64,000 nucleotides of DNA from Felis catus (GCF_018350175.1 NC_058368.1:192326001-192390000); one strand, 5' to 3'; positions 26,843 to 39,095 are shown, numbered from the stretch's first letter. Notes: generated by a model not told the origin, from the letters alone. Numbers and translations: made by a program.

Positions 26843-26941
26843 AAAAAAATATGGAATGCTTCACGAATTTCTTGCGCAGGGGCCATGCTAATCTTCTCTG
26901 TATCATTCCAATTTTAGTATATGTGTTGCCAACATGAGCAC
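26843..26941 (-). pseudogene. U6 snRNA retropseudogene (5' part of a U6/L1 chimera), with a 10-nt internal deletion
   Basis: minus strand reads GTGCTCATGTTGGCAACACATATACTAAAATTGGAATGATACAGAGAAGATTAGCATGGCCCCTGCGCAAG^AAATTCGTGAAGCATTCCATATTTTTTT; lacks GATGACACGC of canonical U6; fused to L1. Confidence 0.95.
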
Positions 26942-27054
26942 GAGAGTATTGGTTAAATAAATTGAAACACTGATTGTAACATGGTTCTGCTTAAGAAGCA
27001 GACGGGGGAAATCCTTGTCCAGCCAAGCCTGTTATTCTCAATGCATGCATTTCT

Positions 27055-27406
27055 TATCAGGGAAATACAAATCAAAACTACATTGAGATACCACCTCACA
27101 CCAGAGTGGCTAAATTTAATGACTCAGAAACAACAGATGTTGTTGAGAACGGGAACCCTCTTGCATTGCTGGTGGGAATGCAAACTGGTAGAGCCACTCT
27201 GGAAAACAGTGTGGAGGTTCCTCAAAAAATTAAAAATAGAATTACCTATGACCCAGCTATAGCACTGCTGGGAATTCACCCAAGGGATACAGGATTGCTG
27301 ATGCATAAGGGCACTTGTACCCCAATGTTTATAGCAGTACTTTCAACAATAGCCAAATTATGGAAAGATCCCAAATGTCCATCAACTGATGAATGGATAA
27401 AGATGT

Positions 27407-27488
<82 letters not shown>

Positions 27489-27855
27489 GGAGTACTACTC
27501 GGCAATGAAGAAGAATGAAATCTTGCCATTTGCAACAATGTGGATGGAACTGGAGGGCATTATACTAAGTGAAATAAGTCAGTAAGAGAAAGATATCATA
27601 TGTTTTCACTCATATGTGAAAGCTGATAAACTTAACAGAAGACAATGAGGGAAGGGAAATTAAAAATAGTTACAAACAGAGAGGGAGGCAAACCATAAGA
27701 GACTTTTAAATAGAGAACAAACTGAGGGTGGAAGGAGATGGGGGTCAGGTGAGAAAGGAAAATGGATGGTGGGCATTGAGGAGGGTGCTTGCTGGGATGA
27801 GCACTGGGTGTTGTATGTAAGTGATGAATCATGGAATCTACTCCCAAAGCCAAGA
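27055..27855 (+). mobile_element. carnivore L1 3' fragment (ORF2 end and 3'UTR) containing a (TA)n(CA)n microsatellite
   Basis: IREIQIKTTLRYHLTP / [22 protein letters not shown] / [17 protein letters not shown] motifs; microsatellite 27411-27486. Confidence 0.92.
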
Positions 27856-27859
27856 TGCA

Positions 27860-27986
27860 TTTTTTTTTAAGTAGACTCCATGCCCAGCACAGAGCCCAAC
27901 ACAGGGCTTGAAATCACAACCCTAAGATCAAGACCTGAGCTGAGCTCAAGAGTCAGCCACTTAACCAACTAAGCCACCCAGGTGCC
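27860..27986 (-). mobile_element. Can-SINE (short form)
   Basis: ttaaccaactaagccacccaggtgcc; flanked by agatgcattt. Confidence 0.85.
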
Positions 27987-28042
27987 TGAGATGCATTTCT
28001 TAAAGTATATTATGTGTAGGAAGATAAAATGTTTGAAATATA

Positions 28043-28599
28043 AGTTGACCCTTGAACAATGCAGCGGTTAAGGGCTCCAATGCCCTGCACAGTTGAAAAT
28101 CTTTATATAACTTTTGACACCCCAAACTTAACTATTGATAGCCCACTGTTAGCCAGAAGCCTTACTGATAACATAAACAACAAATTAACATGTTTTGTAT
28201 ATTATATGTATTGTATACTGTATTCTTTTTTTTTTTTTTTTTTGAGAGAAAGACAGTTCTCAAGCAGGGAGGGGTAGACAGAGGGAGAGAGAGAATCCCA
28301 AGCAGTCTCCACACTGTCCACACTGTCCTTGCTGTCAGCAGGGAGCCCCACGCAGGGCTAGAACTCATGAACTGTGAGATCATGACCTGAGCCAAAATCA
28401 ACAGTTGGACATTTAACCGACTGAACCACCCAGACACCCGTATATATTGTATTATTACAATGAAGTAAGCTAGAGAAAAGAAAATGTTATTAACAAAATC
28501 ATAAGAGAAAATATATTCACATTACTGTACCATATGGAAAAAAATTCACATAAAAGCAGACCCACACAATTCAAACCTGTGTTATTTAAGAGTCAACTG
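28043..28599. mobile_element. Tigger2-like (TcMar) MITE with a nested Can-SINE (~28226-28439)
   Basis: terminal inverted repeats agttgacccttgaaca... / ...tttaagagtcaactg; body resembles recalled Tigger2a consensus. Confidence 0.8.
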
Positions 28600-29147
28600 T
28601 TTTTGGATTTGAAATACAAAGTTGGTGGGTGGCAGCGTTCAGTTTGAACCCAGACCCACCCTCTTCCAGGATCTCAGGACCTCTTCTCAAGAGCACTTCC
28701 TTTAAAGGAGAGCAGCCAGGAGAGGGGCATCTTACACAACCTTGGGGTGACAAGAAAGCTGAGCAATTCCTCAAAGACAGGATGAAGAGAAAACCCAGGA
28801 GGACCAAAGAGAGATTCTCATTTATGCAAGCCTTACTGAGGACCTACTATGCACCAGAATTATACCACCGAGATACACAAAGCTCTTGCTTGAAATGACT
28901 ATAGAAAAAATTGCCTGCTACTCCAGGGAAACACTGACCATATAAGCTAAAAACGTTCAGGAAGAAAAGAACCAGAGGTAGAATCGTGGACAGGACCAGG
29001 AAGGAAAGTCTGGATGGGAAAGTCTATGAGCAATGATATAAGGGTCGGGATAACAGAAGATAGAGAAAAACAAATTCTCCACATAGTAAGTGATCAACAA
29101 TGCGTCCACATAACAGTGATGCCCAGAGCATTAGAAAGTGGGAAGTA

Positions 29148-29383
29148 GGGGCACCTCGGTGGCTCAGTCAGTTAAGCATCCGACTCTGGATTTTGGCTCA
29201 GGTCATGATCTTGTGGTTGGTGGGATCGAGCTCCCCGTCAGGCTCTGAACTCAAGTGTGGAGCCTGCTTGGGATCCTCTCCCTTCAGCACTCTCTGCTTC
29301 CTGCCCCTCCCCCACTTGCACACACACATGCACACACGTGTGCGCTCACTCTCTCTCTCCCTCCAATAAACTTAAAAAAAAAA
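29148..29383 (+). mobile_element. Can-SINE
   Basis: head, CT tract and tail; flanking aaagt(g/a)ggaagtag repeat. Confidence 0.88.
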
Positions 29384-30374
29384 GTAGGAAGTAGTGGGGA
29401 GTACTGTTATATGAAAGGAGCTAGATTAAAGTGGGCATTGGATCAGGTAGCAAGGTTTGATCAGTGCAGAAGGCAGACTCGGTCTGCAGGGAAATCTATA
29501 CGTTATAGAAATATCTGGAGTATTAAAAAAAAATACTGCTACCTCTGAAAGGAGAGAGGAGGAAAACATGGATAAGTTATACAAAATTAATTAATTTGTG
29601 AGCAATAATTGCGTGTTTCCTGAGCCCTTACATGGTGCCAGGAATTAGGCAGGGAAGGATGACTAAGATATAGTCCTTCTTTGGCCAAATAATGACACAT
29701 GTGGGTAATGGGACAGCATGAAGCTATTAAAAAGAATGTGGTAGTTCTTAAAGGAACTGTATATAACAATCTCCAAGTTTGCGTGCTAAGTGAAAAAAGC
29801 AAGGAGCAGAATAAGCATGTACAGTGTGCTGTTTCTAAAGAAGAGGGGGAGACTTACATGTTTATATTTACACAGACAAGCTCTGGGTGGATATGCAAAA
29901 CACTGGTCACAGAAGGTGTCTCTTGGGAGAATTAAGGGACTAGGAAAGAGTGAAAAAAGACTTTTTACTATAGACACTCTTTGATCTTCTTGTATTTTAT
30001 ATCAGGTACACATATTGCCTATTCAAAAATAGTTTTTAGAAATTTAAAAATAAAACTCCGTTCTTTTTCAAAAGAGCTCACCATTTCAGGTCATGGATCC
30101 CGTATCCTAATGTTAGCTGTTTCAGTCAACATGTAAACTTAACCTCTACAGGAGTACCTTTCCTGCAACTAGATTCACCAGAATATATAGTGATATAATA
30201 GTTGATGAATTTCTCCTCCTTGCCTGCCCTCAGCAGCAACAGAAACAATAAAAATGAGAAAATGAGATCTTCTGGTCCATGTAACCTTTTTGTCCACCTG
30301 AATTGCCTACTTTCTGCCTTCCACAGTATAGGATACCCACATCTTAAGTTTATTATTTTTTTTAAATTAATCTC

Positions 30375-30580
30375 GGGGCGCCTGGGTGGCGCAGTTGGTT
30401 AAGCGTCCGACTTCAGCCAGGTCACGATCTCCCGGTCCGGGAGTTCGAGCCCCGCGTCGGGCTCTGGGCTGATGGCTCAGAGCCTGGAGCCTGTTTCCCT
30501 CCCTCTCTCTCTGCCCCTCCCCCGTTCATGCTCTGTCTCTCTCTGTCCCAAATATAAATAAACGTTGAAAAAAAAAATTT
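30375..30580 (+). mobile_element. young SINEC_Fc-type element inserted into an older antisense SINE (~30350-30668)
   Basis: TSD aaattaatctc on both sides; small internal deletion after tgtttcc. Confidence 0.88.
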
Positions 30581-30809
30581 AAAATTAATCTCTATGCTCA
30601 ACGTGGGTCTGGAACTCACTAGACATCTAGAGTAGCAGCCTCCATCAACTGAGCCAGCCAGGTGCCCTATTTTTAAAAATCTGATTTGATTTGATTTTTT
30701 TTATATATAACCACATTTTTTAATGCACCAGCCTCCTACGGGACAGCAACATTTTCTTAAGCTAGGGAAGATGAAGGAAGTTTTTAAAAAGAGGGGGTTA
30801 AAAAGCTCA

Positions 30810-31107
30810 GAGTTTGGCCGAACGGGCTCTTGGAGGCTCCTACTTGAAGTGCGCATTTCCTCTCCGCTTTCAAGAGATGTCCTTCGACCAGAGGGCGTTT
30901 TTGTCTCCAGTCCACACAGACCCAAACTTTTTCTCTCGTCACGTGCCTGGCCCGGGCCAGTCGGCTGCTTCGTAACTCGATCACCGAAGAGCTGCCAGGA
31001 TGGGCGGTGCAGTGACAGCCAGCAGCCGCTTAGGTAGGGGCTGAAGGCAAGAGAGGGAAAGACTGAGCAGTGACCTCCGCGGAGCTGGGAATCGGCCCGT
31101 TGCGCAG
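30810..31107 (+). promoter_or_regulatory. FAXDC2: probable FAXDC2 promoter and non-coding exon 1
   Basis: local CpG enrichment, E-box GTCACGTG at 30938-30945, consensus donor CAG|GTGAGT at 31107/31108; the FAXDC2 ATG sits directly after an acceptor, so an upstream exon is needed. Confidence 0.6.
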
Positions 31108-31949
31108 GTGAGTGGGACCTGCTGGGGAGGGCAGCGGTTTGCCAGGGTCAGGACGCATCGGAGTTCACTTAAAGGCAAAGAATGTTCTGGTCACCTCTGC
31201 TGCCTCCCTGGCCTCTCCACTTACCCTACAGGTGAGGTTTGCCTCCCACCAACGTCCTGGGACGTTTTCTTAGGGCGGAGTCCCTACAAACCTCCCGCTA
31301 AGGTATGCATCCTCTGCCTTTGTACCATTCACCTCCTCAGTGGTCTTGTTTTTCTAGCAATTGACAGGCAGGCCTGTTAGATTGGACTGGATTTGGCTTC
31401 ACAACCAGGTGAATAAAGGAGAAGCTCTCAAGTCAGAACTTGAAAGGGCAAAATCCAACGGGAAGTCTGCCATCAAATCGCTTCTCACACAGCTCCCACA
31501 ACTGCCATCAAATTGCTTCTCGAACCTGCCAGGATCACCTGGAAGGCACGCAGCCCGTTTTAAATGTCTTGAAACTGTAAAGCACCAAGAAATGTGTGTG
31601 AGCTGAGAGTGGGCAGCCACGTCAACGCTGTCTTGTTGCAACGTCCTAAGTAAGGATTTATCAACAGCTTCAGAATTACTAGCAGCTAGGCAGTGCCTCT
31701 GGAAGGACTCTCCCAAGCTCACTGGGCGAGAGGGTGCAGCCAGTGTGTGTAGATGGGGGTGGTGTTCAGGGTGCTCACACAGGCCCTCTGGGGCTTCAGG
31801 CAAGCAAGACAGGATATAGACTGTGGTTTGCTTCAGTTTTATGTGCAATTCCAACTAGATTTCTCTGGTTGCGATAGCAAGATCCAATTCAGTTTGGTAA
31901 AACAGCAATGCTCCAAGCATCAGCCTCTGGCCTTAGAAAAGGAAATGTT

Positions 31950-32145
31950 GGGGCGCCTGAGTGCCTCAGTCAGTTAAGTGTCCAACTCTTGATTTTGGCT
32001 CAGGTCGTGATCTCACAGCTCCTGAGTTCCCCACTCCTCACTGACAGTGTGGAGCCTGCTTGGGATTTTCTTTCTCTCTCTCTGCCCCTTCCCCAAGTGC
32101 TCTCTCTCTCTCTGTCTCTCTCTCAATAAATAAGCTTTAAAAAAA
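31950..32145 (+). mobile_element. Can-SINE
   Basis: head, CT tract, tail. Confidence 0.85.
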
Positions 32146-34242
32146 ATTTTTTTTAAGAAAGGAAAGGACTTAGGACAAGGACAAGGAAAAGGGGCTGATG
32201 TATTTAATAACAAATGTTAGACACCTTACGAGGGCAAAAAACAATGCTTTTTATTCAATTCCCCTTCTTTCATTTATTCAACAAATACTTCCCGAGTATC
32301 TGTTTGGTGCTGCGGATCTCACAGTAAACAAAGGCAAGCTCATTGTCACAGGCACGCAATCAAGTGGGAACAGTTAACTCAAGGGGTGCAAGTCCCCTGC
32401 AGCAAGCAAAAGCAGTGAGAGGAACACTTGTAGAATGATCCAGATTCACGGTCTTTTTGGCTTGGAGCTTAACCTTTTCCTTCAGGCATTTCGTCTTCTT
32501 GAATGCATGTCTTTTCATCTGGAAAATCCTCACTTGCATACAGACATTGCTCTTAGCAGCTCCCTAGAATCTTCCTCACCAGAGGCTTTAAGCTGTGTAA
32601 GTACATTTCCGGTCAGTGTCCTCAGTCCTGGAGGCAGACTGCTCAGCTTTTCCCAAGAATACGAACAGCCCCGCTGAAGTAATGGGCTAGTTCTAGTCGT
32701 GTCCGTAGCCCTCTCCCAGGGTCATTTCCCACTCACACAGGAGAATCTGTGTTATTCCAGACACACATGCAGTGTCCGGCAAAGTCTCAGGAAGCCTGGA
32801 TTTTTCCAGAAACTGTGTGGAGTTTGAAACAAGCCAGTTCTGCTACAGAGGCCTATCTTCTTGGCTTACAAAATAGAAGGGGTAGATTAGGTGATCAATG
32901 AGGTCTTTTTTGTCTTTTTTTTCTCCTCTAAAAGTAAATAATTCTAACAATTTCACAAAATGTCTACAAACGAACAGTGCACAGTCCTATAAAGATGCTG
33001 TATCTTATACCTAGAATATGGGAGCACTCATCAACCATGCAGAATATTCAGGGACCTAGAATCTGAGAGAAAATCTGAAAGAATCAGGCAGCAGATAAAA
33101 CTTAAAATTAAACAATCTCTGCCTTGCCCATTCTTCTGCTCAGATTCTCGGAGGTCATGAACATCAGCTGTAGCCTCACTGTTAATCACTTTCCTAGGCT
33201 GGAGATTCTGCAGTAAGAAGCTTGCCTAGTCAGAATCATCTTATTTTCAAAAGAACCATACTTTAAGAGTATCTAATTTGGGTAATCTCACAATATATAT
33301 CAAATTCCCTTTAAAGCAAAATCAATTCATTGTTCTAAAGTAGAAGGATATTGAATTAAATATGTAATCATTGTGGTTGATTTTGTTTGCCAGAATTTCT
33401 AGCTTGAGCACGACCATTGGCAAGCAACGTTGAGGAATGTCTTTGGTTGAAGACACATCGGCCTGCCATGTTTGGGGTCTCTCCTAGAACCTTTCTGACA
33501 GACTGTGTCCACTTAAAACTGAAAACATGTCTGCTAGCGTGTAGAGAGACACAGAAGACAAGCTGCTTTGGCATAAAATAGTCAACAGAATGTGGGGTTG
33601 TGTAGCTTAGAAGGGTCAACCACCTAGACAAGTATCTTGGGAGATAGCATGTGGGCATAGTAGCCTAGCCAAAGAACAAATGGCCTGCTGGGAAATGTTT
33701 CATTGCTTCTAGTGAAATCAGAGGTCAACAGTTAAATGCTGTGATTCCTGCAGCCAAAAAGAGCCTTCCCACCATCAGAACGTAAGCAGTCACCTTTCCT
33801 TTGGCCAGAAGGTTTACCTGGAGCAGAGGGTTCCCAGGTCCCGCTTATATATCAGCCCCTAATCACTCAGGCCAGCCACACTCAGTTTCCATAACATGGA
33901 TACATTGGGCGTCAGCACTCTGCCTTTTGGAATCAAGCAGGGCTGCCTCCTCCCAGGGTCAAGGTCTCACTGAACAGTCACCCTAGGCTTAGTTTTTGTT
34001 TTTAATTTTAATATCTGGTTCTGTTTATTTATACTTTATACCCAGTCTCCATCTCAAAGGAATTTGAGATAGCTTCCAATAAGGGATATATACAACAGAA
34101 TGGTTGCAAATAAGTAAAAACTGATTAGAAACCACCAGGCATTCAATAAATACCTTTCATACTGTTTTGCATTGTGATCTGTAGAGAAAAGAACCAGCTG
34201 CTTTATTGCCATTGCTTTGCTTTGGGATCATGTAAAGCTGTT

Positions 34243-34276
<34 letters not shown>

Positions 34277-34796
34277 AAAAAGAAAAAGAAAAGAAAAGAA
34301 AAAAGAAAGAAAGAGGCAGAGACAGAGAAGAAGAAGAAACAGGGCACTAGTTCTTCATCATAGTCACCTTTAATAATCTAACGAAAGCTATGAATCTTTC
34401 TCTCCTGGAAAATGAACACGGAAAAATTGGCGTACACTTTCAGGGGAAACAAAGACTTCTCAAAGCCTTTCAGAAATTGAAATTAATCTGATTTAGAGAA
34501 GTGGAGAGCTAATTACAGGGAGAGCTAATTACCCTACAAAGCTTCAATACAATGTTTCCTACGAATGGGCATTGAATTTATTTAAAACTTTTGGACAGTT
34601 CTGTAATTTTCTGAATAGGTAAAATATTACTTGTGGCACAGAATTCAAAAGGCACGTAGCAAACAGATACCCTTCCTCCTCCCCTGTCCCCCCAGCCGCC
34701 CAGTTCACCTCACCAGAAGCCACGATTGTAACCGGTTTCTTAGATATTCTTCCAGCAATAGTCTAATATTCTGTGTATTATTCTGTGCTTGCATTA

Positions 34797-34832
<36 letters not shown>

Positions 34833-35319
34833 CATGCATATGTTCCACACATCGTTTACTGGCTACAAATGTTTCACTACTGGACGTTCTATATAGTTTA
34901 TTTCACCAATCACTACTGATGGATATTTAACTTGTTTCTAATCTTTAGCCATTATAAACTGTCACACGGAACATCTTTGTACATACATCATTTTTATACA
35001 GGATTATATAATAGAAAAAAATATCCCAAAGTGCAATTGAATATTAAATTTAACTCTGAGCTTACTGGCAGTCAAAGCAAAAAGGCAGGGATCAGGGGAC
35101 CAAAATGGATTGCCTAAAATTTGTTTGCATTTTACAAAAAAAACTTACCATTGCTTTCAAAGAGGAAAACTGTACATTAATGTCTTTGTAGGAATTTATC
35201 ATCTGTATCCTCATACGAAGTATGTTGCTTCTTTCGGAGAACTAAATAATGGAGTAGGGAATATTTCCAATGGCAGTTTTGATATCCATGTGGTAGATTC
35301 ATACATCTATCTTGATTTT

Positions 35320-35705
35320 TTTAAGTTTTTATTTAAATTCCAGTTAATTAATATACAGTGTAACATTAGTGTCAGGTGTACTATATAGTGATTCAAAACT
35401 TCCATGTGCTCATCACAAGTGCCCTCCTCAGTCCCCATCATCTGTCTCCCCCATGTCCTGCCCATCTCCCCTCTGGCAACCAGCAGTTTGTTCTCTATAG
35501 TTAAGAGTCTGTTTCTTGGTTTGCTGCTCCCCCCCTTTTTTTCCCTTTTTCTCACTTGTTTTGTTTTTTAAATTCCACATATAGGTGAAAATATGTGCTA
35601 TTTGTCCTTTTCTGACTTATTTCACTTAGCATAAAATTCTCTAGCTCCATCCATGTTATTGTAAATGGCAAGATTTCATTCTTTTTTATGGCTGAATAAT
35701 ATTCC

Positions 35706-35779
<74 letters not shown>

Positions 35780-37015
35780 TTTTTAAATTAATTTTTTAAT
35801 GTTTTATTTATTTCTGAGTGTGTGTGTGAGAGAGAGAGACAGAGAGCGTGAGTGGGGGAGGGGCAGAGAGAGAGGGAGACACGGAATCTGAAGCAGGATC
35901 CAGGCTCTGAGCTGTCAGCACAGAGCCCAATGTGGGGCTTGAATTCACTAACCGTGAGATCATGATCCGAGCCAAAGTTGGACACTTAACCGACTGAGCC
36001 ACCCAGGCACCTCTCACACCTTCTTTATCCATTCATCAATCAACAGATACTTGGCCTGTTTCTATAACTTAGCTATTGTAAATAATGCTGCTATAAACAT
36101 AAGGGTGCATGTATCCCTTTGAATTAGTGTTTTTGTATTCTTTGGGTAAATACCTAGTAGTACAATTGGTGGATCATAGGGTAGTTCTATTTTTAACTTT
36201 TTGAGGAACCGCCATACTGTTTTCTACAATGGCTGCACCAGTTTGTGTTCCCACCAACAACGCGTGAGGGTTCCCCTTTCACCACATCCTCGCCAACACC
36301 TGTTGTTTCTTGTGTTATCGATTTTAGCCATTCTGACAGGTGTGAGGCGCTATTTCCTTGTAGTTTTGATTTGCACTTCCCTGATGATCAGTGATGTTGA
36401 GGATCTTTTCATGTGTCTGTTGGCCACCTGTATGCCTTTGGAGAAGTGTCTGCTGATGTCTTCTGCCCATTTTTAATTGGATCATTAATTTTTTGGCTAC
36501 TGAGTTTTAGAAGTTCTTTATATTTTTTGGACACTAACCCTTTATCAGACATGTCGGTTGCAAATATCTTCTCCCATTCCATACATTGCCTTTTAGTTTG
36601 GTTGTTTACTTCACTGTGCAAAAGCTTTTTATTTTGATGTAGTCCCAGTAATTATTTTTGCGTTTGTTTCCCTGGCCTCAGGAGACCTATCTAGAAAAAA
36701 GTTGCTGTAGCCAATGTCTGAGAAATTACTTTCTTCAAGGAAAGCAAAGGCAGTAATTTCATGGTTTCAGGTCTCACACTTAGGTCTTTAATCCATTTTA
36801 AGCTTATGTTTGTGTATGGTGAAAGAGAACGGTTCGGTTTCATTCTTCTGCATGTTGCTGTCCAGTTTTCCCAACACCATTTGTTGGAGAGACAGTCTTT
36901 TTCCCATTGCATATTCTTTCCTGCTTTGTTGAAGATTAATTACCCACGTGTAACTGTGGGTTCATTTCTGAGTTTTCTATTCTGTTCCATTGATCTTTGT
37001 GCCTATTTTTGTGAC
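35320..37015 (-). mobile_element. carnivore L1 3' portion (~1.4 kb) interrupted by (GT)n(GA)n and a Can-SINE (~35790-36012)
   Basis: [24 protein letters not shown] and EWEKIFATDMSDKGLVSK ORF2 motifs; L1 3'UTR. Confidence 0.92.
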
Positions 37016-37949
37016 ATTTATCTTGATTTTTTTTAAGTATGATCTGACTAAAACCCAGCATCCCTTGGATAAGCTAAAATGAAATATAGGAGGAAAAGAT
37101 TCAGTTTTGAGGTTGGAGACCATATGTCTAAGAGCACAGAGAAAACCTTGGCATTGTCCTCCTCTTAAGATTTCTTAGGTGTGTCAGATCTCCTGATCTA
37201 CTCAGTTCAGGTCCAGACCTCTAGCCCAGTACTTTCCACATGGACTTTGGAATGATGGGTTTATGTATCTAAACTGAAAGTTTCTCATTTATCTTTACAT
37301 GTCCATGGTTCCTTGCACAAAATAAGTTCTTCATAAAAATTCCTGAAAGGAATGGATGAGCTTCTAAAGATCAAATTAGCTTTGCAAGCTCTTGGAAAAG
37401 ATAATGGTGAGACTCTTACTTGTAAGCAAAGTTCCCCTGGTATGTTAGTTTTGAAAGCTTAACAGACAAACCCCAGTCCCTCCATTTCTTTCCCTAAAGG
37501 GATGGTTATCTCAACAGGGTCAATGGAACCTTTCCCATTTTGTCACAAGAACTGAAGAGGGAAATTCATGGTGATAGGAAGGTTCTACCTGTCTGCAAAC
37601 GGTTTGCAGACGTTTAGATCCCCAAGTCTTTCTCAGCTTGAGGTGCTTCCTTTGACATTTGGTTCCTTATCATTAAGGCACTTGACAGGCTTAGCCCCAA
37701 AATGGTATTAGCACCACTTCCTTCCTCGTGCTGAGAGATCTGTGCTTTTCAGAACTCCAGGCAGCAAACTGCCAGATTAAAAATAACCCTGGATCGTCAA
37801 AGAATCTTATCACTGGGGAGAGGGTGGCTTCTTGGAATGGGCCCTTATCCACATTGAGGATGTGGAGCGAACTCGGAATCGGGCCAACAGGAATTGCTCA
37901 GGACAAGTGAGAAAACTGTTATCGAAGGGAGAGGTCAACGGAATCCTTT

Positions 37950-39095
37950 TTTTTTCTCAGTTAATTAACATACAATGTAGTCTTGGCTTCAGGTGTAGAA
38001 CCCAGTGATTCATCTCTTACGTAGGATACCCAGTGCTCATTACAAAAAGTGCTCTCCTTGATACCCATCACCCATTTAACCCAGTCCTCCACCCACCCAC
38101 CCCCATCAACCCTCAGTTCTCTCTGTATTTAAGATCTCTGTATTTAAGATCTCTTATGGTTTGCCTCTGACTCTGTTTTTATCTTATTTTTCCTTCCCTT
38201 CCCCTATGTTCATCCATTAACTTTCTCAGATTCCACATGTGAGTGAAACCATAATCTTTCTCTGACTGATTTATTTCGCTTAGCAGAATACCCTCCAGCT
38301 CCATCCATGTTGTGAATGGCAAGATTTCATTCTTTTTCATTGTCAAGTAGTATTCCATTATATATATATGTGTGTGTATACATGTATATATATACATATG
38401 TATATATATGTATATATACGTACATATATACATACGTATATACATATATATGTATATATGTATGTATATATGTATATACATGTATACACATGTATATACA
38501 TATATACATATATATGTATATATGTATGTATATATATGTGTATACATGTATATATGTGTATACATGTATACATGTGTATACATATACTTCTTAATCCATT
38601 CATCAGTTGATGGACATTTGGGCTGTCTCCATAATTTGGCTATTGGGTTTTTTTTTAGCGTTTATTTTTTATTTTTTTATTTTTTTTTTCAACGTTTATT
38701 TATTTTTGGGACAGAGAGAGACAGAGCATGAACGGGGGAGGGGCAGAGAGAGAGGGAGACACAGAATCGGAAACAGGCACCAGGCTCCGAGCCATCAGCC
38801 CAGAGCCCAACGTGGGGCTCGAACTCCCGGACCGCGAGATCATGACCTGGCTGAAGTCGGACGCTTAACCGACTGCGCCACCCAGGCGCCCCAGCGTTTG
38901 TTTATTTTTGAGAGAGAGAGCCAGACAGAATGTGAGTGGGGGAGGGGCAGATAGAGAGGGAGACACCGAATCCGAAGCAGGCTCCAGGTTCTGAGCTGTC
39001 AGCACAGAGTCCAACTCGGGGCTCTAACTCTCAACCATGAGATCATGACCTGAGCCGAAGTCAGACGCTCATCCAACTGAGCCACCCAGGCGCCC
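37950..39095 (-). mobile_element. L1 3' fragment with a ~230-bp TA/TG low-complexity expansion (38360-38586), followed by nested Can-SINEs (~38650-39095)
   Basis: L1 3'UTR and ORF2-end motifs; young SINE ~38680-38891 flanked by agcgttt within the tail of an older SINE. Confidence 0.9.

Noticed and set aside
26709..26906. ORF beginning MIQRRLAWPLRK
   Set aside because: Chance translation of the U6 copy continuing out of frame into L1.
26843..26941. Functional U6 snRNA gene
   Set aside because: Substitutions, 10-nt deletion, L1 fusion and TSD mark it as a retrocopy.
26604..27855. Single twin-primed L1 insertion joining the inverted U6/L1 piece and the forward L1 piece
   Set aside because: Each piece has its own flanking direct repeats and ~100 bp of unique sequence separates them; two events fit better, though alignment should confirm.
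38120..38154. 15-bp tandem duplication tctctgtatttaaga
   Set aside because: Small slippage event inside a dead L1; no functional implication.
38179..38731. Several Y/I/C/V/T-rich ORFs on both strands
   Set aside because: Translations of a TA/TG microsatellite inside an L1 fragment.
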